A stretch of 64,000 nucleotides of DNA from Lachnospiraceae bacterium (lineage in GTDB: Bacteria; Bacillota; Clostridia; Lachnospirales; Lachnospiraceae): contig JAZLJJ010000011.1 of NCBI GenBank assembly GCA_045597325.1, positions 14,426-78,425 on the forward strand. The letters run 5' to 3'. Each line of letters opens with the position of its first letter. Position 1 is the stretch's first letter. The notes below the pieces were generated by a model that was not told the origin of the DNA, searched no databases, and saw only the letters and a list, made by a program, of their open reading frames with translations. Below are positions 40,140 through 48,097 of the stretch, piece by piece. Both the position numbers and the translations under genes were made by a program.

Positions 40140-40932
40140 CAAGGTTTTGCTGGTGAGCATGTGGGCGTACAATTTCGTATATGCCTATGGGTTGTGTGCG
40201 TTTGTTATGAAACGGCGGTTTGGAAAGGTTGCCAGTGTTTTTCTGTTTCTCGGACTCAGTTCGGTGATAATCGGGTTTCGCATCTGGTTTGTCATCGGAG
40301 GCGGACAGGATGCGGTGCCGGTGGGAAGCATGGTGACGATGTTGGGGTGCTTCTCTCTGCAGGTTGTTTTGTTTCGCGGAAAATGGTTCCGGCAGCTGAT
40401 GAATTATGCAATTGTATCGGTGTTTGCGATACTGGCGGAAATTCTCGCGTCGTTCTTTGCTTCGAGCATTACGGGAAGTGTGGAATCATTTAACTTTAAC
40501 GATCCCGGATTCCGGGTCGGCATGTTACTGTTCTTCCCGTCTTTGTCGGCGATGATATATCCGACGATTGTGCTCTTGCGAAAAGTGAACCGTTTATCGG
40601 TCGGCGAAGTGATCGGTGCGTATTCGTGGCTTGTGGTGACATTTCCGTTAAGCCAAATGTTCCTGATTAATCTCTACACCGGCGTCACGACGGTAGTGAA
40701 ACCGATTGGTTTGATTGGTGCACTGGTCGGAATTACATCCGATTGTCTGCTGATTTGGTTCCTCGATAAGGAGCACCAGAAATTCCGACTCCGGAAAGAG
40801 CTCGAAGAAGAAAAACAAATGCTGGAATTTGAGGAAATGACGTATCGGGACCTGATGTCGCAGCAGGAAGAAATCGCGCAGCTGCGGCACGATTACCGGA
40901 ACCAGATGATTGCACTGAAAGCGATAAAATGA
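40102..40932 (+). CDS. polytopic membrane protein ending in a histidine-kinase H-box (LRHDYRNQMIAL) with no ATPase domain
   Basis: About 6 TM helices. The last two TM helices plus the coiled coil are paralogous to the N-terminus of the preceding gene (WLVVTFPLSQMFLINLY vs WLFVLFPISQFFLIINAY). Start uncertain (TTG 40102, GTG 40129 or ATG 40159). Confidence 0.6.
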   Translation: MKQRKRGPHVIFNKVLLVSMWAYNFVYAYGLCAFVMKRRFGKVASVFLFLGLSSVIIGFRIWFVIGGGQDAVPVGSMVTMLGCFSLQVVLFRGKWFRQLMNYAIVSVFAILAEILASFFASSITGSVESFNFNDPGFRVGMLLFFPSLSAMIYPTIVLLRKVNRLSVGEVIGAYSWLVVTFPLSQMFLINLYTGVTTVVKPIGLIGALVGITSDCLLIWFLDKEHQKFRLRKELEEEKQMLEFEEMTYRDLMSQQEEIAQLRHDYRNQMIALKAIK

Positions 40933-41030
40933 ACGGGCACCGAAACCAGATGATGGCACTGAAAGCGATAAAATGAACGATTATCGAGACCAAATATTGG
41001 CATCGAAAAAGCAATAAAGTGAAATAAAAA
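40888..41030. repeat. tandem repeat, 44 bp x 3, re-iterating the H-box codons plus the stop codon
   Basis: ACCAGATGAT at 40901 and 40945, ACCAAATATT at 40989. The units translate as HDYRNQMIALKAIK*, GHRNQMMALKAIK* and DYRDQILASKKQ*. Confidence 0.9.
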
Positions 41031-41257
41031 ACCGAAAAAGTGACAAGCTATTTTGCAAAAACATCGACTTGTTGAGCATGAATAAAAGTGCTCGACAGAC
41101 CGGTGTTTTTTTTGTATGCTAATTCTGCCGGGAAATCCGCCGTTTCTGCATGTGAGGTTGAATGAAACATGGGAAAATGGGAAGATTAAGGGGAAGTATA
41201 TGGCCGGGTGAGGGCTGTATATGAGATGACAAAAACTAAAAAACGGAGGAATGAATT

Positions 41258-42417
41258 ATGAGAAGATTTATGTTGTTACTTTTGTCGGTTTTCTTGCTGG
41301 CAAGCGTATCTGCTTGTGGGAAGACGGATAAAAATGATACGCAGAGGCAAGATGACAAACAAAAGACCACTCAAATACCGACGGTGGCACCGACTGCAAC
41401 GCAAGTGCCGTCACCGATGCCTACAAAAGAAACAACTATTCCAACAAACCCGCCGACACCGGAACCAACGGATGGTGTGATTCTAAAACGGGGAAAATGT
41501 ATTCCGATGTGAAGCCATTGCAAGCAATATCCGGTCCGGTGACACTTATTTGTCATGGCATTTCTGTTCAAGTAGGAAATGGTTGGGAAGGAGTTACCAT
41601 TAAATGGACTCCGATACAGGGACAATCGGTAACGGTATATCGTAAAAGGATGTATCTTGAGCAAGACCCATCTGCCGATTGGAATGGTACGAGAAGTTAT
41701 GACCTCGACACAGAGTGGACGAAACTGGCGACTACGACGGCAGGAGGGTATTATGATAAATCGGTTACAAACGGAGACGGATATGAGTATCGTGCGGTAC
41801 TAAACAAGGCGAAAACACCGCAGCGGACGTATTCGAGTATATGCCGTTACGTTCAAGCACCGACAATCCAGTCGGTGACCAATGTGGCCGGCGGAGTGAA
41901 GGTGAGTTGGTCGGCAGTGGATGGTGCAAACGGATACATAGTATATCGCAAAGACACTCAGGCAGGAACATGGCATATGATTGGTTCCACACAGAAGAAT
42001 CTGACCTATACGGATACAACCGTGGAGAACGGAGTGGTATATTATTATGCCATCAAGGCATTCTTTTATGAGATGGGAAAATCCAGAAGTTACAGTGCTT
42101 CCAGTTCTGCTAAAAACACGGTTTATGTGAAGAACGTATTCATTTCGTCCATTGCAAATCCGCGTCCCGGTGATTTCACGGTGGTTCATTCCGTCAATGA
42201 CAAAGCAACCGGATACCAGATTGCATACAGTACCAATTCCGATATGAGCGGTTCCAAGTACGTAACTCAGGCAGGTGGAAGTTATACGACTATTAAGGCA
42301 ACCGGACTGACAAAGGGCAAGACATATTACGTCATGGTACGCCCGTATAAGATCGTCGCCGGTTATACCTTCTACGGTGCATGGAGCGCCAAGAAAACGA
42401 TTACGTTGACGAAGTAG
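41258..42417 (+). pseudogene. lipoprotein signal/PT-linker ORF (41258..41512) out of frame with an FN3-like ORF (41497..42417): either a frameshifted paralog of the C-terminus of 35480..37693 or a -1 frameshift-dependent gene
   Basis: Lipobox LLASVSAC and a Pro/Thr linker in frame A. Frame B is homologous to residues ~WCDSKTGKMYSD...VTVTK of the upstream surface protein. The two frames overlap by 16 nt, and the overlap contains G_GGA_AAA. Confidence 0.6.
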
Positions 42418-42445
42418 ATAAGTAAATTCATGGCAATACAAACTA

Positions 42446-42476
42446 AGACCTGTCGCTCTCCGCGGCAGGTCTTTTT
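42446..42476 (+). terminator. rho-independent terminator
   Basis: AGACCTG-TCGCTCTCCGCGG-CAGGTCT followed by T5. Confidence 0.8.
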
Positions 42477-42625
42477 ATCTCATAGGAAAGTTCGTCCTAT
42501 GAGATAAAAAACGCTCCGCGAGGATGCACACGCCTGTGCAGAGGAAAAATGTCGCTTCGCGACGCACAGGCGGCGCGAGCATATCGCAAGCGATATGCTT
42601 TGTTCTGACATGAGATATAGGACAA
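42477..42625 (+). repeat. structured ~130-nt intergenic element, copy 5 (plus a decayed second hairpin)
   Basis: A full unit 42477-42606, then TGACATGAGATATAGGACAAAACG. Confidence 0.95.
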
Positions 42626-42741
42626 AACGTGATGATAAAAACCGCCTCAAACCCCTGATATATAAGGACTTGAAGCGGTTTAATCTTTCATGTGAAATCA
42701 GATGGAAGCCGGACAAAACCTGTTGATGTCGCTCCCCTCGC

Positions 42742-43743
42742 TTACATGCTTGCGATGCCTTCCGAAATACCCAGAATAACGATTCCGACAATAACGGAAA
42801 TGACGCAGGCGTACTGGGAGGCGCGCAGCCGTTCTTTGACGAAAATGCGCGACAGAATAACCGAAACGATACAATACGATGCAACCATGGGCGCTGCAAT
42901 CACCGGCTTTCGAGCCATGGCGAAAACGTAGAACACCTGACCGAATTCCTCACAGCAGGCAGCGATGCCTTTGGATACTTCCGAACGACGGAACGGGTTG
43001 TAAGGCTTGTGTGAGCGAATCAGAATATACAGCCAGCAGCCGAGGCCGACCAGAAGGAAGGTCAGTCCGTACAAAATGATGACATCCATTTCGCCGAGGC
43101 CGAGTCCCTTTTCTTCATCGAGAATAATTCCGTCCGCGGCGGTTCCGATAGTATCAAAGAGACAGTACAAAAGCGGGAACAAAAGCGCCAGCGTGCCGAA
43201 ACGATAGCGGCGGTCGGAATTGTCGGTATCTGCACTTTGTGCGGAAGCGGAAGAGGCGTCGGCGGACTTCCGGCTCAGCTTATTTTCAACGACGGCAAGA
43301 GCGATGACACCGATGACAATCAGAATCGTGCCGATGATGTCAAGTGTGGAAAATGCGTCCGTAAAATCGGTGAATCGACCGGTTGCCAGAAAGAAGACAA
43401 GCATGCAGATGGCAGACAGCGCACCGGATGCATTTTGAATCGGCGACACGATGGACAGCTCCAGATAACGAAGCCCCGCATATCCGATAATCATGGAAAT
43501 GATGTAGCAGAGCGATGCCGGCGCATAGGACAGGGCATTTTTCATAAGCCCCGAAAAGGTCATTTCCGTTTCCGACATGTGAAACAGGAGAAGAACGACG
43601 GAGGTGGCGCCCATGATGAGGCCGACCCAGACGGCAATTTTCAGATGCGAATAGCGGTCCTCGTCATCCGTTCCTTTTTTGTAAAATAAGTCCGCAAAGC
43701 CCCAGCCGAGCAGGCAAATGACAGAAAATACGAACCACGACAT
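42742..43743 (-). CDS. DMT/EamA-family transporter
   Basis: About 10 TM helices and 333 aa from ATG 43743, which has an AAGGGAGGA RBS (the ORF is open up to 43902). Confidence 0.75.
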   Translation of the reverse strand: MSWFVFSVICLLGWGFADLFYKKGTDDEDRYSHLKIAVWVGLIMGATSVVLLLFHMSETEMTFSGLMKNALSYAPASLCYIISMIIGYAGLRYLELSIVSPIQNASGALSAICMLVFFLATGRFTDFTDAFSTLDIIGTILIVIGVIALAVVENKLSRKSADASSASAQSADTDNSDRRYRFGTLALLFPLLYCLFDTIGTAADGIILDEEKGLGLGEMDVIILYGLTFLLVGLGCWLYILIRSHKPYNPFRRSEVSKGIAACCEEFGQVFYVFAMARKPVIAAPMVASYCIVSVILSRIFVKERLRASQYACVISVIVGIVILGISEGIASM

Positions 43744-43774
43744 ATTAATTCCTCCCTTAAAAATAATTTGTTTT

Positions 43775-43880
43775 CCGATACAGAAATAATTTTGCCACGA
43801 TACAGAAATTATTTCCGCAATACAATAAATTATTTCCGTAATACAATAAATAATCGTTGCCACAGTACAGAAACAACTTG
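43775..43880. repeat. five imperfect ~21-bp direct repeats upstream of the DMT transporter gene
   Basis: CCGATACAGAAATAATTTTG / CCACGATACAGAAATTATTT / CCGCAATACAATAAATTATTT / CCGTAATACAATAAATAATCGTTG / CCACAGTACAGAAACAACTTG. Confidence 0.75.
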
Positions 43881-44111
43881 TTACTGCAATACCCCACAAC
43901 ATTGAGGATTATAATAAAAAGAAAAAACAATGTCAATCAGTGATTTTGAGCATCCCGGCCGTTATCGCCGGCAAACCTCATTACGCCGGCCTGCCGTCGT
44001 TGCCGGCAAACCGGCCCTCCCTCATTGCAACAAAACCGGCCGGCTGTCGTTAGGGGAAAACCGGCCGAGTGTCATTTGGAAAATCAGTCGAACAGGTTAT
44101 GAAAAATCGGT

Positions 44112-44858
44112 TCAGTAAGGGGACGGATAGCCGGCTTCGGCTTTCGCGACCGCGTCTTCCAATGTCATGCCGGCAAAGTCCTGCGCCGGGAACAGGCGAC
44201 CGCAGCGGCCGTCATCCACAAAGGCACCGACCACGATTCCGGGAATGGTGCTTTCCGGTGCGTTAGGTGCGTTGGGACCGCCGAGATCGGTACGGCACCA
44301 GCCGGGATCGGCCAGATTGATTAACACGTTGCCGCCCTGCAGCTTGCTTCCGAGGTCCACGGTGAATTTATCCAGCCCCGCTTTGCTGGCGGAATAGCCG
44401 GCCTGCTCGGGCTCCAGACGGATTCCGCTTGTCGTGTTGACAATTCGGCCGAATCCGGCTTCCAGCATTTTCGGAAGAAAATGATAGCAAATCATTGCGG
44501 GTGCAATGGTATTGATTTTACAGCTTTCCAAATAGTCCGAAACGGGTGTGGCAAAATAATCGGTCCGATAGGCAATCTGAATGCCGGCATTATTCAGAAC
44601 AATGTCCACACGAACACCGAGTGCGTCAATGTACTGCAGCATGCCTTCCACAGCATCGGGGTCGCTGAGTTCGCAGGAAACGCCGTATGCCTGCACGCCG
44701 AGTGCACGAACCTCGGCCAGAACGGCTTCGGTATGCTCCGGTTTGCGGCTGTGAAGAATCAGATTGCAGCCCATTTTGGCCATAAACAGCGCGGACAAAC
44801 GTCCGATTCCGCGGGACGCTCCGGTAATCAGAGCCCAACGGTTTTGTACTGTAACCAT
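44112..44858 (-). CDS. SDR-family oxidoreductase
   Basis: TGASRGIG glycine motif and YSASK catalytic motif, 248 aa. Confidence 0.88.
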   Translation of the reverse strand: MVTVQNRWALITGASRGIGRLSALFMAKMGCNLILHSRKPEHTEAVLAEVRALGVQAYGVSCELSDPDAVEGMLQYIDALGVRVDIVLNNAGIQIAYRTDYFATPVSDYLESCKINTIAPAMICYHFLPKMLEAGFGRIVNTTSGIRLEPEQAGYSASKAGLDKFTVDLGSKLQGGNVLINLADPGWCRTDLGGPNAPNAPESTIPGIVVGAFVDDGRCGRLFPAQDFAGMTLEDAVAKAEAGYPSPY

Positions 44859-44876
44859 AGTATGCTCCTTCCTGAT

Positions 44877-46058
44877 TTACAGCGTTGCGTGAGCAGCGAT
44901 TTCATAGATTTTGCGAATGTCTTCGGAACGGAGAGAAACGAATCCGCCGGTCGCTCCGGTGTCGCCGAGACCAAACTTTTCTACAAGTGTAGAAATATCG
45001 CTTTCCTTGGCACCGAGTTCCGTAAAGTTAATCGGCATTCCGATTTCATGAAGGAAGCTGCGGAACGCCCGAATTCCCGCCAGAGCGGTTTCTTTCGGAT
45101 TTTCAAAGTTCATCGGACAACCGAATACGCGGGTCGCCATTTGCGCAAACCGCATTACATTGTGGTCGCAGACATATTCCATCCATGCCGGCATAATGAC
45201 GGCCAGTCCGGCACCGTGAGCACAGTCGTACAGACCGGACAGCTCATGCTCGATTCCGTGGCTGTTCCAGTCCTGCTCGCGTCCGACTCCGACCAGGTTG
45301 GTATGGGCAACGGTTCCGGCCCACATGATATTGGCGCGGGCTTCGTAGTTGTTCGGGTCAGCCATAACACGCTTCGTTTCCTTGAGCATGGTGATGAGGA
45401 CAGCTTCGCACAGACGGTCGGTGATTTCCACATCGGTTGTATTGGTGAAATACCGCTCAAATACGTGAGCGCAAATGTCTGTCGCACCGCAGGCGGTCTG
45501 GTACGGCGGGAGTGTGCAGGTGAGTTCCGGATTCATAATCGAAAATCTCGGGCGAATCAACGGCGAGCCGGCACCGCGCTTCAAACCGGTTGCTTCCTGG
45601 GTAATTACGGAATCTCCGGAGCCTTCGCTTCCGGCTGCCGCAATGGTCAGAACCGTTGCAACGGGAAGTGCTGCTTCCGGTGATTTTCCGCAATAGAAAT
45701 CCCAGAAATCTCCGCTGTAGGGAACGCCCATGGCAATGGCCTTGGAACTGTCAATGACGGAACCGCCGCCGACGCTTAAGATGAAATCCAAATTGTCGTC
45801 GCGGCACATTTGGATTCCTTTATATACCATTGTATCACGCGGGTTCGGCTGAACTCCGCCAAGTTCTTCGAAGAAAATGCCGGCGTCGGTCAGGGATGCC
45901 CTGACACGGTCCAAAAGACCGGACCGGATGCAGGAACCGGAGCCGTAATGAAGGAGAACGCGGGAACCGCCGTATTTGGCAACGAGACGTCCGCACTCAT
46001 TTTCACGTCCGCGTCCGAAAACAAATTCGGTAGGACTGCAGAAACTAAAATTATCCAT
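44877..46058 (-). CDS. iron-containing alcohol dehydrogenase (butanol dehydrogenase/YqhD-like)
   Basis: 393 aa. GGGSVIDSSKAIA and the histidine cluster HGIEHELS...HGAGLA. Lies in an operon with the SDR gene. Confidence 0.88.
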   Translation of the reverse strand: MDNFSFCSPTEFVFGRGRENECGRLVAKYGGSRVLLHYGSGSCIRSGLLDRVRASLTDAGIFFEELGGVQPNPRDTMVYKGIQMCRDDNLDFILSVGGGSVIDSSKAIAMGVPYSGDFWDFYCGKSPEAALPVATVLTIAAAGSEGSGDSVITQEATGLKRGAGSPLIRPRFSIMNPELTCTLPPYQTACGATDICAHVFERYFTNTTDVEITDRLCEAVLITMLKETKRVMADPNNYEARANIMWAGTVAHTNLVGVGREQDWNSHGIEHELSGLYDCAHGAGLAVIMPAWMEYVCDHNVMRFAQMATRVFGCPMNFENPKETALAGIRAFRSFLHEIGMPINFTELGAKESDISTLVEKFGLGDTGATGGFVSLRSEDIRKIYEIAAHATL

Positions 46059-46412
46059 ATAAAATACCTCCGTATGGTATGCTGATTTCTTTGATTATAT
46101 CGGAAATTGACGGTTTCGGTCAATGGGGAGGGGTGGAAGTCTATCATATACAACAAAAATAGCATATATGACATGATGGAAATCCGGTGGGAATCGGGAG
46201 GGTACGAGCCGGCAAACGCAGGAAAAATCCGCCAAGCAATGGACGGATTATTTGCATACGCTCGGATATTGACAAAATGCAGGTCATTTTCGTAAAGAAT
46301 GCAAAATGACCGCGAAAAAAGACATGGAAGCCGATTGAAAAATGTGTTATGATGAGAGTGTAAAATATTGTGAGGGAACCGGAGAAATTCCCCGGACAAT
46401 CAGAAAGGCGGG

Positions 46413-47105
46413 ATGTCTATGGAAATACAGGATTTATTGAATAAGGTGGATCACACGTTATTGGCAACAACGGCAACGTGGGAGGAAATTCGTCAGATTT
46501 GCGATGACGGAATGCGCTTCCATACCGCAAGCGTCTGCATTCCCGGCTGCTATGTCGGACCGGCGGCGGACTATGTAAAAGGGGAGGTCCCGATTTGCAC
46601 CGTAATCGGATTTCCGAACGGAAATTCCACGACGGAAGCAAAATGCTTCGAAGCGGCCGATGCGGTAAAAAACGGCGCGTCGGAGATTGACATGGTGATT
46701 AATATCGGTCTGGTGAAGGCGGGGCGGTACAATGAGGTTCTGCGGGAAATTAACCGTGTGAAGGAAGCCTGCGACGGACGATTGCTGAAGGTCATTGTCG
46801 AAACCTGCAAACTGACCGAGGAAGAGAAACTGGAAATGTGCCGCGTGGTATCCGAGTCCGATGCGGATTTCATCAAAACCTCGACCGGTTTCGGCGGAGG
46901 CGGTGCGACGATTCATGACGTTGAACTGATGGTGGAGAACTGCAAGGGCAAACGCGTGAAAGCCGCAGGCGGTATTCAGTCGTTGGAGGATGCCGAGCAT
47001 TTTATCGAAATCGGCGCAGAGCGGCTCGGAACGAGCAAGGTTGTCAACGAAGTCAAATCGATGCTGAATGTGAAGAAACACAGCAATTTGAGTTATTTCT
47101 CATAA
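46413..47105 (+). CDS. deoC: deoxyribose-phosphate aldolase
   Basis: [32 protein letters not shown] (Schiff-base Lys). Confidence 0.92.
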   Translation: MSMEIQDLLNKVDHTLLATTATWEEIRQICDDGMRFHTASVCIPGCYVGPAADYVKGEVPICTVIGFPNGNSTTEAKCFEAADAVKNGASEIDMVINIGLVKAGRYNEVLREINRVKEACDGRLLKVIVETCKLTEEEKLEMCRVVSESDADFIKTSTGFGGGGATIHDVELMVENCKGKRVKAAGGIQSLEDAEHFIEIGAERLGTSKVVNEVKSMLNVKKHSNLSYFS

Positions 47106-47140
47106 GATAAGCGAAACGGTCGGGCGACGAAAGGTGCCGG

Positions 47141-47268
47141 CGAGCGGCCGGAGCGGCGATGTAACAAGGCCGCAGAACGCCGGAGAAACCCGCTCTCGAG
47201 CGGCCGGAGCGGCGATGTGACAAGGCCGCAGAACGCCGGAGGAACCTGCTCTCGAGCGGCCGGAACAG
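47141..47268. repeat. tandem repeat, 56 bp x 2.3, between deoC and deoD
   Basis: CGAGCGGCCGGAGCGGCGATGT(A/G)ACAAGGCCGCAGAACGCCGGAG(A/G)AAC(C/-)C(G/T)CTCT at 47141 and 47197, with a partial unit at 47253. Confidence 0.9.
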
Positions 47269-47296
47269 TATTTACGAAAAAGGACGGTACAGAATA

Positions 47297-48046
47297 ATGG
47301 GAACAAATTATCCTACCCCGCATATTGCCTGCACACCGGATGATTTTGCGAAAACGGTGCTGATGCCGGGCGATCCGCTGCGGGCCAAATTCATAGCGGA
47401 AACGTATCTGAAAGATGCCGTTTTGGTCAATAACGTGCGCGGCGTGAACGGTTACACGGGAACATATGAAGGCACCCGGGTGTCGGTCATGGCCAGCGGT
47501 ATGGGAATGCCGGCAATCGGAATTTACAGCTATGAGCTGTATAATTTCTTCGGCGTGGACAACATTATCCGGATCGGTTCCGCGGGCGCATACCGTGACG
47601 ACATTGCGGTAATGGACCTGGTCATCGGGCAGGGAGCCTGCTACGAAAGCGGATACGCGGGACAGTTTAACCTGCCCGGAACGTACTCCGCCATTGCCGA
47701 TTACAAGCTTCTTTCTACGGCAGTAGAATTAGCGAAATCAAGGAAAATGAAGTATCACGTCGGAAATCTCCTGTCCAGTGATTATTTTTACGGAGATCCC
47801 GGTGCATGGACCGCAGCAGAGCAGCCGGCAGCCGCATGGGGTAAAATGGGAGTGATGGCAGTGGAAATGGAAGCGGCGGCATTGTACATGAATGCGGCGC
47901 GCGCCGGAAAGAGGGCACTGGCCATCTGTACGGTGTCCGATCATTTGCTCCGCGAGGAACACATTTCCGCAGAGGAACGCCAGCTGTCGCTGACCGAAAT
48001 GATTGAATTGGCACTGCAGACGGCGGTGGCAATGGACCGCGAATAA
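47297..48046 (+). CDS. deoD: purine nucleoside phosphorylase, DeoD type
   Basis: VLMPGDPLRAKFIAETYL...NNVRG..GYTGTY.G..VSVM.SGMGMP..GIYS.EL. Confidence 0.93.
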   Translation: MGTNYPTPHIACTPDDFAKTVLMPGDPLRAKFIAETYLKDAVLVNNVRGVNGYTGTYEGTRVSVMASGMGMPAIGIYSYELYNFFGVDNIIRIGSAGAYRDDIAVMDLVIGQGACYESGYAGQFNLPGTYSAIADYKLLSTAVELAKSRKMKYHVGNLLSSDYFYGDPGAWTAAEQPAAAWGKMGVMAVEMEAAALYMNAARAGKRALAICTVSDHLLREEHISAEERQLSLTEMIELALQTAVAMDRE

Positions 48047-48067
48047 TAAAAAGACGGAAAATGAGAC

Positions 48068-48097
48068 CCCGGCTTCGATGAGGAGCCGGGATTTTTT
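48068..48097 (+). terminator. rho-independent terminator after deoD
   Basis: CCCGGCT-TCGATGAGG-AGCCGGG-A-T6. Confidence 0.85.

Noticed and set aside
37660-42417. A diversity-generating retroelement (VR/TR pair at the 3' end of a surface-protein gene).
   Set aside because: There is no reverse transcriptase in the window. The repeats are 44-46 bp, not ~100-150 bp. Differences between units are not restricted to adenine positions.
46107-46125. The inverted repeat ATTGAC-N7-GTCAAT upstream of the ADH/SDR operon, as an operator.
   Set aside because: The arms are only 6 bp with no supporting regulator gene or second site. The signal is too weak to call.
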